This document shows positions 22,001 through 34,711 of a stretch of 64,000 bases of DNA, in pieces. The position numbers and the translations under genes are program-made. The DNA lies in the NCBI GenBank assembly GCA_013265495.1, contig MU058009.1, forward strand, positions 932,001-996,000, in the 5' to 3' direction. The notes under the pieces were generated by a model, which saw nothing but the letters and a program-made list of their open reading frames with translations, searched no databases and was not told the origin of the DNA. Numbering within the stretch: position 1 is the stretch's first letter; the number at the start of each line of letters is the position of its first letter. This DNA is from Vicugna vicugna (taxonomy: Eukaryota).

Positions 22001-23420
22001 ATCTTCTGGTAACTTTATATGTTTGAATTTTACATTTAGTTCTATTATCCTTGAGTTAATTTTTGTAAAGGATGCAGGGTCTTTGTGTAGACTCTTTTTT
22101 CACAAGTGGATGTCCAGTTGTTTCACCATGATTTGTTGCTCCAAGATCAAACATCAGTTGACTGTGTCTGTATGGGTCTATTTTTGAATTCTCCATTCTG
22201 TTTCATTGATCAGTCTGGTCCTTCACTGGTACCACATTGTCTTGATTATTGTAGTTTTACAGTTAGTCTTGAATTCAGTCTACCAAATTTGTTTTTCTTC
22301 TATTTTGTTCTTTTTCTTCATTGTGTTGATTATTCTGCATCTTTTAATCCTCCATATAAACTCCAGAGTCAATTTGTCAATCGCTAAGAATTTTGTTGGG
22401 ATCGTATTTAATCTAATCGTAATTAGATTGAATTGGGAAGAAATAGTATCTTAATAATCTTAAGTATTCCTAGCCAGAAACTTGCAACATCTAATTATTT
22501 AATTACTTGATTTCTGTAACCAGAGCTCTTTTCATTTTTTGAATGATTTTTTTTCTCTCTGTTTTACAGATTGCATCATCTCTATTGATCTATATTCAAG
22601 TTCACTGATTCTTTTTTCTGTCACCCTAATCTACTCTTGAACCTCTTAATTGTCTCATTCTGGTTATTACCCGTTCAAACCCATAATTTCCATCTTTTAA
22701 AATAATTTCTACCTCCTTGTTTATGTTCTCTATAGATGACCCATTGCCACTGTACCTTCCCTTAATTCTATATGCATTGCTTTCCTTACTTTTTTGAACA
22801 TATTTACAATAGATGCTTGAAAATCTTTGTCTGCTAAGTCACAGCAATCCACAGCAATTCATTTTCACAGCAAGACACACCTAAGAAAACACAATACCTT
22901 TACCCTTAATGCTTTCTTATTCCCTCCCCACAGGCCTCCCATGCTTAAAAAATAACTTCTCTTTTGACTTCTAACCACATTAATTTTTATTTTTAATTTA
23001 ATTTTTAAAATGGCTTTAATTTTTACAGATTCCAATACTGCATTTAAATTCTCTACCTTTTTTATATCTGTTTGACTATTTCTCTGTTTTCTTACATAGT
23101 TTTTTATAGTTAGCTGAAAGTGTTTTATGCTAACTTCAGTATCCAGCTACCTTTGGTACTTGCTTCTATTTTATCTTTTTTCTTGCTCTGACATGTATTA
23201 ATTACCTGGCCCCGTCTACTCACACGCTTAGTAATTTCGTTTTAAATGTTAGCGATGGTGTTTTAAAGTTATAGAGGATCCAGAAAATATCATTTTCATG
23301 AAGAGATGGTTTGTCTTTTCTTCTGCTGCATATATAGAGGGGAACATAAGGACTTTAATTCAATCAAGGACTGCGTTTGGACAAAGCTGGCTCACAGCTT
23401 TAGTAATATTCAGTCTAGTT
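19085..23420 (-). mobile_element. Composite block of old L1 (L1M-type) fragments: 3' UTR, ORF2 pieces, ORF1 pieces; at least two elements
   Basis: T-rich antisense L1 sequence throughout; the ORF2 3' region appears twice (~19310-19950 and ~21500-22530). Confidence 0.9.
20080..20720 (-). pseudogene. L1 ORF2 reverse-transcriptase remnant
   Basis: ORF 20305-20529 gives [35 protein letters not shown]...IIPIDAEKAFEK, matching L1 ORF2p [33 protein letters not shown]...ISIDAEKAFDK; disrupted. Confidence 0.92.
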
Positions 23421-25259
23421 CTGGCCCGGCTGTTTCTAAAGCTTTCTAGATCTTTTCATTGCAAGCTTGGGTGAGTCTCTGTCTTCCCCACTTTAGATAA
23501 GGGAATACATATTCCTATCATTGGTAACGATGCCGTTTATAAAGAACGACTCTTAAGCTGTGCCTTTGTCCCAGGTGCTGCGGGGTTAGGTCCAAGTCTT
23601 GGAATCTGAAACACTCCCTCTACCTTAGCTCATATGCTGAGGGGAGAGTTTTTGGCTTTGCTGGAAACCAAAGTGACATTTTGAATTCCTTTTAAGCTGG
23701 TGAGATTTATTGCTTTATTTGCACAGGGATGGTTGTTAAATAGGAATGCTTATAAGCATCAACAAACCTGAGTTCCAGCGCTTTGTGGCTTTATGAGACT
23801 GACAGGTGCTGCTGTCTTGCCACTGTGGTGCAGTTCCCGATGCTCTGGTACCCAAAAGGCAGCCAAGAAGTTATTCCAAGGGTGAGCCTCTGACGACGAG
23901 AGCACATGTATATTTATAGTTTCTGACACCAGCAATACCAATATTTTCTTCTCTAAGTTAGCTTTATGCTTTCAGAAAAATGGAAGACTGTCCCTCAAAA
24001 TGGCTTTTAATCACAGTGGCCACATCAGGCATATCAGGCATATGAAACCTCCAATTGCTAGGCAAAGAAGTAATGATGCAGTCAACTACTGGCTAAATTT
24101 CAGGCAGCACGTCAACTCTGGGACTGAGTGTTGCTATAGTTACCTTGACTGGTGTAATCATCCCACATGGGAGGCGGGATTAAAATATCCAAGAATAGAA
24201 GTATCTAGGGGGAAAAAAATCACCTCTATTTTTCATTTTTGCTAGGAAATTCCCTAATATCTTTTTGAGCTGAAACCAGGTCCATTTTCCTTGTTATAAA
24301 GGCTGAGTGGGTATGCCATTTTGAGTTTATAATGGCAGAACGGAAAAATTGTATCTTTGTGTATTTGTTTGCGTTTGTGTTGGGGGAGTGTGTTTAGCTT
24401 TTTAAGCAGGTTCTGCAAACCGTTTTGTACATGCCAATATATATGCCAAGGCCAGGAAAATCCTTTAGTCTTCAGCCATTCTGGTCTGTAGAAAAATGAT
24501 TGTGATTATTATTCATTAAAAAAAAGTAGGTTTGTGAGAAAACACAACGCAGAAGCTGGGAAGCCCAGCCCTCTTACTAAAGTCGTCAAGCTCCGTTGTC
24601 AGCCACCTCACCAGATGAGTGTGTGCAAGCACGGGTGTGCACACACACACACACATATGTGCACACTCACAAAGCACACCTCCCTAATCTCTGATACTTT
24701 CCATCTGTCAGTGAGAACGCATCTTTCCAATCATCTTCGAAACCGTTCTGTTTTTGTGAAGCTCTGGGCTTGTACCCCGTGCAGGCTTGGCAGACAGCAT
24801 ACGTTTCCTACTCAAGTTCCCGAACGTGACAGCTGGGCTTCTCTCACACGACTTGAGAAGATGTTCCCAGTCTTCGTCAACTGGCACAAGGCAGCAGAGC
24901 GGCTAAATACAGCTCGTGTCACAGAGCAGCTACAAACGTGTCACCTTCTCCCTTCTAGGTCCTCTACCAGGTGCCCTGTCTTTTTTTTTTTTTTAATCAG
25001 CCCCTGTTTTTTCAGTCTGTGCCACCTTTCTTTTTGGGACTGTGCCTATTCTTACAAAAGACACTTCAGTGTCTTGTCTTCTTGGCTAGATAACAACTCA
25101 CAGGAAGTTAAGAAAAATTAATGTCCACTTTTTCATATTATCTACATTAAAATTAAGATGTGAAAAAAAAACACCTTGCTTTCATGGTGGAGTACCTCAC
25201 AAATTCTGTACAGTGTTGGCACAAAATATACCAACTGACAATAATGAAAAGAATTGCAG

Positions 25260-25470
25260 CTGAATTTTAACAATTGCTCACTAAATGCCAGACACTATCC
25301 TATGCGCTCTGTGTCCGTTATGACATCAGTCATTGTACGTGTTATCCTCACCATTAAATTAAATTATTAAATTAAATTGTTAAATGGGTATTCTTATCTC
25401 TACAGATGAGAAAACTGAGGCTTACTGAGGTTAGGGGACTTGCCTTGGTCGCACATTTCTTGAATGCTGG
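25260..25470 (-). mobile_element. MIR SINE
   Basis: tacagatgagaaaactgaggcttactgaggttaggggacttgcc. Confidence 0.85.
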
Positions 25471-25664
25471 CTTTACCATGATACGCTATTTTCATCTTTG
25501 GTATCAGAACTTGTACTAACTCTGCATAGAGATAATTTCCTGACCAATAAGTGCTGTATTTGGAGCTGTAGCTTGGCCGCTGAACAGGACAAATGGGTGG
25601 TGACAATATTTGACCCTCTTCCAACCACAAAACTGATCCCTTTTCTTCCCTTTGGTGGAACAGG

Positions 25665-25845
25665 ACTTGCAACTAGACATCTGAGTTGATTTGAATCCTG
25701 CTCCTCCTGATGCCGACCTCTGCGCTCTTCAGAAAACATTGAACATTTGTTTCTTTGTATAGAAAGATGTGATTAAAACATCTGCCTTGCATAGTTTCTC
25801 TAAAGCTTAAATGAGATAATGGATGTGGAAATGCGAGTCTCATTT
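25665..25845 (+). mobile_element. MIR SINE (degraded)
   Basis: ttgaatcctgctcc...ctgccttgcatagtt...ttaaatgagataatggatgtggaa. Confidence 0.6.
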
Positions 25846-28820
25846 TCCACATACAGCACACATATATGCACATTCAATATGCATAAATATACATTTGCAT
25901 ACACAAACAGAGCTGTGTAAGCATATTTAAGGAGAGACTGATCAGATTTGAAGCTCTAAACTGTTTTTGCAGATAGAAGATGGGTCCATGAGAGTTTGGA
26001 AACCACGCTGTACTTGCTAACACTCTCTGCTGATGACAAAGTGGTCTTCCAGGTGAGAAGACCTTGGTGACTTAGAAAAATCGTGGTTCATTACAGTGTT
26101 TAGCCTGTGTTGCTTAATGTTCATCCTCATTACACTCATCATCATGACTAGTCACCGCATTATCAAATAATTACCTGTCAGTGTAATAGGTTTCTTGAGA
26201 AACTTCTAAATGTAAAGAAATGGGGGCAGTGGGGAAGCCACTAAGAACAGTGAAGATTCATTTGGGAATATCTTCTGTTCTTTTGCTACTTAAGTGCTTT
26301 CCTCCAAAGACAATTTTATTGTTACGTGGCCCTCGTCATATATACAGTTCTGCTCTTACTATAAATTTGGCTTTGACTATTAAAAGTCCTTATGTGCACT
26401 TTTCCTTTTTTTTTGCTTTTATCTAGCGATGGTACCTTAGACCGTTAGTTATTGCAGGATTCTTCATTACAAAACAGGCGTGTGGAGTCATAGATGTTCC
26501 TGTTCCTGTTTCTTTACAAATATTATCCAAGACTCTTGCATTTCTTTACCAATAAACAAAGCCAATTCCATAACTTGTAATGTTTTAAAGTTAGACTATT
26601 ATATTGGATATAATGGATTGGATATTTATAATTTGTGTGATTTAGATATGTATATGACCTGTTGATTACAGTCCAAGTCAAGGTCTCAGACCATAGCATC
26701 AGTGAGCCAGTCTTGTGAAAACCCTGACATCAGTGATTCTGGCAGTAACGTCACAAGATCAAGGTGATGAAAGACTGAGAAATTTGACCAGAAACATCCC
26801 TAAGCTCCAAGTGAAGCATCTTATCTTTTTTCATTATGTTCTCCCTATGTCATTATGTGATGTGGCTATTAGGATATTGAAAGGAGATTTTTAAAATAGG
26901 AAATCGTGAAATAATGTGGTAGAAATAGATACTCTAATATTACATGGCATGTTCAGAACACTTGCTTTGGAGTTAAGTTGGAGGAGTCCACAGACCTAAC
27001 TTCCATGATGCCCAGGGAGACACTAAAAAAAAAAAGTATATTTTATCCAAACTGATCTCTTCTTCATTTAAGTTAACCCAAGTCCCAAAGGGGTAACACC
27101 CGTGCAGGTGACAGCTTTCCTGCAGAGGATTCTGTGGTTGTAGACGGGCTCTGCTCTCTCAAGGGCTGAGGTCTGCCTGCAGCTCAGAAGCCAGGTACAT
27201 CCCTGATTCTGCCCCACCGCCTTTGGTCTTGGCCACTCTGCTCTGGTGATGTGGACTTGGTACTGCCAGGGAGTCCAGGACTGGTCACAAATGGGGAAGT
27301 AAATAAGCGGGGTGAACTAGCGGTCCTCATCTTGTGAAATCAAGCCTTTCCCCTCTTGGCCTTGGAGAGATGCCAAATGAGAGGTAGGTGTAGCTGTACA
27401 GCAGTAATTAAATATTTACTGAGCATCTATAGTCACTCTCCATCAGGCACTTTGCTAGGCAGCACAGAGCACTAAGCTGACAGGCAAGGTGACAGATGGA
27501 AGCACTGTACACATATAATGGGCACAGATTGCTGATTTCAGGGCAAAACTGTACTGGTTGTAGAAAGACATTTTCCCTTTTGGGTTAAGCTAGAAGGTCG
27601 CTATGCAAGACGGGACTATTTGAGATGCACCACACCACTAGGCAATTATTCCAAAGAAACTACCATTTTCACTGAGTATGAGGTGGACGGGGATGAAATT
27701 GCATGCTTTCACTCATTAAGCTATGATCCTTTATGGAGGAAGATAAATTTGTGTTTCAATGAGATTAATCTTTAAAAATAATAATGCAATAAAAAGTAGA
27801 AACGTTAGCTTGGCAAATTTCCTTAGAATCATTAAAACATGTTCTCTCAGTTTAAAATTTCTTCAGCCTGGGTTTTATGTAAGCAAGGTTATGCCAGCAC
27901 ATACTTAATCATTTTAAAGCTCCATTCTTATACACAATACTTTCACTTCCTCAAACTTGTGGATAGAGGAAATTGGTGGGGGAAGGGGGTGAGGTGAGTA
28001 TACCATTAAGTGGGATGTTTATAGGGGCATTAACTCATTATAACTTAAATCTTGAGCATAATTCTAACTCTATAATTTCCCTTTGCTGAGAGTCTTAAAA
28101 TGACTCAGCCTTCCGTCTCAGCAGAGTGTTTTGTCAGTCTGGGGTCTTAGGATGTCCTCCTTTGCTCATCCAATATTGGGGGGGGGGGTAGGTGACACAA
28201 TGTTTGAAGGTTTTTCTCGATTTCAGAAGATCGCCAATACAAGCCAATGCTAAAAATTGATTTTAACCCTCAGCCATTCAGCATTCAGCCAAAGTTTATT
28301 TTCAGATTGCCTCTGCTTTTTAAGGCTTTTATGAACAACAACAGCAAAATTGCCTGGGGAGCTTGAAGTCTTGGATCCAGTGGGATCCTAGGGGTCATGA
28401 GGTTTAAAACTCCAGCCAGTGTAGGAATGCTCTGGACTGAGTGTGAGGTAGGAGAATTAACATGTCCTCTGATGAAGGTTTCTTTATGTCATGCAACATC
28501 GTTCCATTCTGGAAAGTTCTACTTGCTACGATGACTTCCATGTGCAAAGCTGTGTTTGTCTCCCTATAATTTTTACTGATTACTCCATCATTCTGCCCGT
28601 TGGATCTCAGCAACTACATATACTCCCTCTTACTACTGCAAATGTTTGAAACAATATAGGCCTTTTTTTAAATGACACTAACATCACATTGTTGAAAAAA
28701 AATTCTGTTAAGCCACTAGTTCAAAATCTAGCATAGATTATATTTCCAATAAATTGTAGCCATTATTATTTCATAGGCTTCCTTTAGGATATGAGTAAAT
28801 GACGCTCTAAAATGGCAGAC

Positions 28821-29369
28821 TGTCTTTTTGCCCGTATGAACCATGTCTTTTATGTTCTCAGTTCTAATACTTTGACACCTGTGGCCTCTGCAGGGTCTGT
28901 CCCACTCAGTGCCAGCTCAGTTTTAGAGACAGAAGACAGGCTGTGAGCAAGCCTTTCATACGCAAACCAGCCTGTCCAGAGCCTGCACCCTCAGCCGCCT
29001 TCCTTACTGGTCTCTCGCTTTGCAGGCCACTGTCTACCTGTTCTGATCGCCCTAGAGCCGGGTACCAGACAACCAGGGACAGCCTCTAGGCCCCCGAGTC
29101 CACTGACATTATTCAAACCACCCAGTCCCGAGCTTGCTTCCGCTGTCTTGCCAGTTCCTGCCTGCAGAAACCACAGGGAAGGCTCCTGCCCACCTTTTCC
29201 CCCTCCCTCTGCCTCCTGACCTCCCCCGGGACATCTGCACACACACCCCCACCCCCGGTCCCGTGGTGTGCCCCCTCTCTTGGGATCAACCATCTTTTCA
29301 GTGGCAGTTGTCTCTTGATCTGTTGGTCTCACCACACCTGAATGATAATAAAACATCTGTCTCAAAACA
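28821..29369 (+). mobile_element. Solo LTR, MER74A-like (ERVL)
   Basis: TG...CA ends; ggtaccagacaaccagggacagcc, attattcaaacc, gatctgttggtctcaccacacctgaatgataataaaac match the MER74/MER73 group. No TSD seen and no internal proviral sequence. Confidence 0.8.
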
Positions 29370-29647
29370 GGTTCCATCACCTGGGGTACTTGTAGTCAGG
29401 TACCCCATGTACCTCAATTACTTAACTGTCTCCCGATTATGGAAAATAAGGAAAGGTATTGCCAAGGAATCCACTTGCGCGGCCAAACCCTCGCAGTAAG
29501 GATTCTCCAGTTGGCACTGCTGGTCTGGGGTCAGCTCACACTGCATAGGGATTACGTCCTCTTCAGTCATGTGAGGCTTGCTCCAGGCATTATAACGCGT
29601 GTTCCTGGAAAGGGCCAAGGTTTCACGTATCTAGCAGAGACACTCAC

Positions 29648-29815
29648 CTGCGTAGTGTGATGAAAGAGTCACTGTTGCCCGTAAGAGGATGGCCCGATGG
29701 TTATCTCATGACAGCGTCTCCCTCAGCAGAGAAGGTCATCATCACAGAAGCTGGACCTTTTCCTTAGGCAGTAAGCATACCATCTCTGCACAAGTCTGTT
29801 AAAAATCCCTGACAT
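29648..29815 (-). ncRNA. Candidate non-coding exon (168 nt)
   Basis: Acceptor gtttccccctttatcacAG|ATGTC and consensus donor CAG|GTGAGT; stops in all three frames. Confidence 0.28.
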
Positions 29816-29959
29816 CTGTGATAAAGGGGGAAACCTTGCATTCATTGTGAACATTTATTCATTTACTTTATTTAATATTTATTTATTGGGCCCATACTGG
29901 GTACCAAAAACCATGGTAGGTTTTAGGGATACGTATATTTAAATGATTCCTAATCTTAT

Positions 29960-30065
29960 TGATAATCAAGGAAAGCCAAATTAAAATCACAATCAGATAC
30001 CATTTTTACACCACGTTAATAAATCTTTAAAAGTCTAGTGGTCTTAACTGTTGATGAGGAGGTCC
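29960..30065 (+). mobile_element. Old L1 ORF2 3' fragment
   Basis: aatcaaggaaagccaaattaaaatcacaatcagataccattttt. Confidence 0.6.
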
Positions 30066-30339
30066 CCAACTGCCTACCAAAGTAGCCAGAAATTTCTAAG
30101 CTACCTTTCAAAGGCCTTTATAATGATTTCAATGAAACATCCCTCTAGTAAATTACCAATAGCATATGTATCAGTAAGAATGGTAATTTGGTGTTCTCCA
30201 AGAAAATCCTGCATTTCAAGAAGTTGAACCTTTTTCTCACTCTCTGACAATCAGAATCCAGCTCACTGTTTAAAACTTATTCATTGTCATAATGTCAATC
30301 AAGTCTTTTTTGAGCTTCCAAACATCCCATTATTAGTAG

Positions 30340-30645
30340 TGTAACGATGCTGGCGACTGACCTAGAATGAGCATTTTCTAGGCAGCAGGTACCATGCAGC
30401 TTTATCTCATTAATACCCATGAAATACCAGTGAGGTGGTGCTACCTTTCCTATTTAAGCAAGAAAAGAAACAGTACAGGGAGTTTCGGTAGCATGGCAAA
30501 GCTCACAGAGCTCTGTGGTAGCAGCACATTGTGAATAAGCATATTCTAACTCCCATTTTATTGACAGCCCATTGCAGCTCTGTTTTACAGAAGAGAATCT
30601 GAGGCTCAGGGAAATAAAATTCTTGCCCACAGTACTTTTCGATGC
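30340..30645 (-). mobile_element. Two adjacent MIR fragments
   Basis: ttatctcattaatacc...gaggtgg...gaaacagtacag and tgttttacagaagagaatctgaggctcagggaaataaaattcttgccca. Confidence 0.7.
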
Positions 30646-31627
30646 CCAAATTCTCATGCTCAAATTCCCCCTTCCCTATGAATGTCATGAGATGCTTATA
30701 TGTCTCCTAAAAATTACCTCTCCCTCTGCTGCAAATAAGGCTATTTGCATCAAGACCACATCTCTACTAGACAGTGGTAATGTCTTTGGCCTCTGGACTG
30801 TATTTAACTCAGAAGGCTTAACTCACAATCTTCCTGTATTAGATGCTCAATAAATATTTGACGGCTAAAACTGGACGGTCTTTTAACAAATCTGAGCCTC
30901 TACTGTCTCACTTGATAAAAAAAATAAAAATTGCCTTTCTGTTTTGAAGGGCTGTCAAAGGACCCAGTGAAATTACTCTCATGAGTGTGTTACGAGAAAT
31001 GCATTGTACCATATAAATGTAAAACATTATTACAGAAGTAACTGCGAGAGACGGAATTTGCATCCCCTTCAAGTAATCTTGGCCAAATACACCTGACAGG
31101 ATGAATTTCAAAGCTCTCAACGAGGATTTTTGTATCCTAGACTTTGTAAGTCTGGAGAAGTCGGTGGCATTGAAAGTGTTGCTTGGGGGTTAAATATTAA
31201 AGTAACCCATGAGATCTGATGACGAACTGAACTCAATTACATGCAGCTGTAGGAGACCTGCCTCCTACATCTGTGTGAATTAACAGCTACTCGGAAACTA
31301 ATTGTGAGCCCTACTTATTTCAAGTTCTTGCGAAATAAATTTTTCTAAAGGGAGAAAGAATTCTTCCTTAAGAATTGATGAACATTTCAAAAAAAAAAAT
31401 CAGGACAAAAATAGAGAGAAAAAGGAAAAATGCAGTGGAAATGCTATCAGCCAATTTCCGTGAGCATAAACCAAAGGCCAGTCTCTGCTAATCTCTAACT
31501 TGGGTGCTTGCAAACGTCACCTCCTCCGTTTCAAGTCAGCTACTGAACTCAACAGTGTAATACTGAGGGACGGAGTCAACATGTGTGAAGGACATCCTAA
31601 AAGGGACCAGCGATGAGGAAGACATAC

Positions 31628-31678
31628 CACATTCCTCCTGCAGAGCAGCTCCCGGAAAGAGTTGAGGAGCCGTGTCAT
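31628..31678 (-). ncRNA. Candidate 51-nt exon
   Basis: Acceptor (gtttt)n-gtttccatttccatgtacAG|ATGACACGG and donor GTG|GTATGT; length divisible by 3 and open in phase 1. Confidence 0.28.
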
Positions 31679-31695
31679 CTGTACATGGAAATGGA

Positions 31696-31725
31696 AACAA
31701 AACAAACAAAACAAAACAAAAAAAC
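31696..31725. repeat. (CAAAA)n-like simple repeat
   Basis: aacaaaacaaacaaaacaaaacaaaaaaa seen directly. Confidence 0.9.
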
Positions 31726-33429
31726 CCTAGCAAATAATGTGCTTTAAAAATTACTCATAATGGAAAAGATTGGTACAGTTTACACCAATAAAAATTAAAA
31801 ACTTCAGAATGGAAACAACTGTCGTAAACAAACACTCAAAAACTGTACGCAGCACACCCGACAGAGGAAATTTCCAGAATTTAAACTGTGTAAGGTTACA
31901 TTAAGTAGGAAAATGCTGGACGAACCAAAGAAAACTAGGCAAAGAGCATGAACAGGAAATGAACGGGAAAATAAATGAAAAGCAGAAATAGTAAATAAAT
32001 TTATAGAAAGAGGACCATTTTTAAAATTTCTTTTATATATGTCCCTCCCTTGCATCGCAGTGAATTTCTCTCTCTCTTTCTACTCCCTCTCTCATGTTCC
32101 AAATATATATATTAATTCATAGCCAGTGAACTTCTGTCCTCTCCGTGTAATTTTAACGTTGCCACTTTTACAATGAAGGGGGTCACAATTTCCCCCCACA
32201 CCATTCCAGCTTCTAACTTTCTGTCTGAGTCTGAGACTGTCCCAGTCCCGTCCTCTCACAGATAACCTCCCATGTATCACGTATTTTAAGCCCATGAGGT
32301 CATTACTTGTAGGGACAAAACTATTCAGTTAAGAGAGACCGGAGTGATGGTTTTCTAAAAAGAGACAATATTGGAAAAGCTGGTGGGGGTAGTTTTGTGC
32401 CAGTGACGCAAGTGGTGTTGCAGTGAGTATCATGAGGGACTCGCGCAAACACACATCGTGACCTTGATTTCAGTCCTGAAATCGACTTTAAGTGCAGCGC
32501 ATCTTCCTCACTGCGCTCCTGAGAATGTTCTGTAAATATCGTTTAACAAAAAAAGAGGGGAGGGTCAGTTCTTTGGGGAAGGTGGGAAGGACCATCTACA
32601 TAATTTTATTTCTATAGTGACACCAAAAAAAAAAAAAAAGAAGAAGGCGATCCAACAACATCAGGAAAGACTTCTGCCAGAGCTGCTATGTCAGGGCCAA
32701 ATTTACATTTTCACATTTTCTTCAAATAATCCTTTTGCTTCATCCTGGAGATGGTCTATGTCATTTTCACAAGGCCAGCCGGGATTAATCCTACGCGGAC
32801 TTTGTCCCCCAGCTGCCTCCCTCGCAGGGAAGCCAGAGAAGAGCGCTGGTTCCTGCTAGACAATCAGAGGGAACAGCGGCTGTACAATTAGTGTCAGAGT
32901 GGGCCTGGGCACCATTAAAATTTAGAACAAGACAACAGCGGACATTTTCCCAGTTATGAGCTCCCGGTTTGAGCGGATCAATTCCGTACAAAAAAGAGAG
33001 TGTCAGAAAGTTAAGCCTCAAATTCAGCTCTTAGTGCAATTTTCTTTCACTACAGTTAATACTGGGTGTATTGTGACCGAGAACAAATTTACATTCGCTT
33101 TGTCCATTAAATGGAAGGGTGAAGTTTCCACTGTGGCCAAAGCAGTGAACCCACAGCACAGTCAAGGGGTTTAGAGTTCTCAGCCCTCGGCCTTTGCCTG
33201 CTTTGACGCTTGAGGATTTTCCCTTCACTCTTTTATTTCTAGTTTGGAAAGAAAAGGTTAAAAAAACAAAAATCTCTTGAACCTTCAGATTTAACTTTCT
33301 GGGCATCAAAAGAAGTTAAACAATTAAGATTGCCACTATAATTAAAATTAGGAACTCACAATACGTCATTTTTCCTCAAGGTTGCAAGGCTGATTTGGGT
33401 GGAGTAATTTAAGACAAGAACAATTTTTA

Positions 33430-33960
33430 CTGCTTTTATTAAATTTTCGATAGATATGAAAAAGCATTTAATATGTATGCACACAGTAAGTAATGTAAAC
33501 AAAATTAACACTAGAGCACCTGCCGCTCCGTCTAAAACATAGAAAAATACCAACACCTTTGGAATCCCATGCCCCATGGTTTCTAAACCCTTTTCTCTTA
33601 GAGGAGAACGTAGTGATAACCACTTTCCTGTAATCTGGGTTTATTATTCTCTTATGTTAAATATACGTATATATTTAACGTACGTAAATATATCCCTAAT
33701 GAGAAAATGGTTTGACAGTATGTTTTTAAGTGGCGTAAACGGAGGGAAATCTATTCTGTGATACTTCAGTGATTTGCTCTTTTCATGCAACTTAATGTGG
33801 CTGCAGTTTATCCACGTTCACCCACGTGACTGTAACTCAGGCATCTTCCTTACTCTGTGGTGTTCCCACAGGGTAATCATACACTGACCCACTCATCTGT
33901 GCCCTTGCTGATGGACATTCGGCTTGTTCACAGATATTTGTTACTTCAACCACCGCCATC
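33430..33960 (-). mobile_element. Old L1 (L1ME-like) 3' UTR
   Basis: gataaccactttcctg...tgatttgctcttttcatgcaac...tttatccacgtt...tgctgatggacattcggcttgtt. Confidence 0.7.
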
Positions 33961-34039
33961 GCCTTTGCGTGGTATCTGAGGTTTCTCACCAACTTCCCCT
34001 TGTTTAATCCGTCAGCCTGTTTTCCGGGGCTTACCAACT

Positions 34040-34310
34040 GCTTTCACGACTGTGAGCCGAACACTGTTTCACCTCCTTGTTTCTGAACATGCAGCTCTTC
34101 TTGCTCCCGAAAGCCTTCACCCAACAAGTCATTCTTGTAAATTCCTCTGTATTGATTCTGACCGCCTGGCTAGGTGCTCCATCTGGACCCTGACCTGAGC
34201 CCTGCTGCGGCTCTTATCACATTGTAAGTGATGGCTACCGCGTAGAAGATAAGCTTATGGGAGAGAGAAGCTACATGTTTTAACCCACGGACACAAGAAA
34301 GGACTGAATA
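34040..34310 (+). mobile_element. L2 3' fragment
   Basis: ctccttgtttctgaacatgc...ggctaggtgctcc...ctcttatcacattgtaa...agaagataagctt. Confidence 0.5.
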
Positions 34311-34711
34311 TGCAACATCCCCGACTCCATGCTCTTTCCTTCCCACCTTTTAACTTTATGCCTTTAAAAACTATCTTTTTATAACATACCCCCTTTATTG
34401 ATAACACCACTCACATATTCCATTATGCTCTTTAAATAGGGATTTCCAATTTGTAGTCCACGGAACACTTACTCCACCTGCTCTCCCCTGCTACTTCAAA
34501 AAAAATGCCAGCAGAATTAATGGGAATTACAGCACTGCTCTCAACAGCACACACATTAATTCACACTATCAGTACGGACACGGGTAAACACACCTTCTAG
34601 GTAATAGTCAAAGCTTGTCAGGGATATCCAGGTCATACTTTGCAAACATGTATTTGCAATGGACTCAGAATTTAGCATGGTCCTTCACAGAAGGCTTGCA
34701 CGTTGCAATGG

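Noticed and set aside
24534..25121. 195-aa ORF
   Set aside because: GTG start; includes (CA)n and poly-T translations; no homology recognised.
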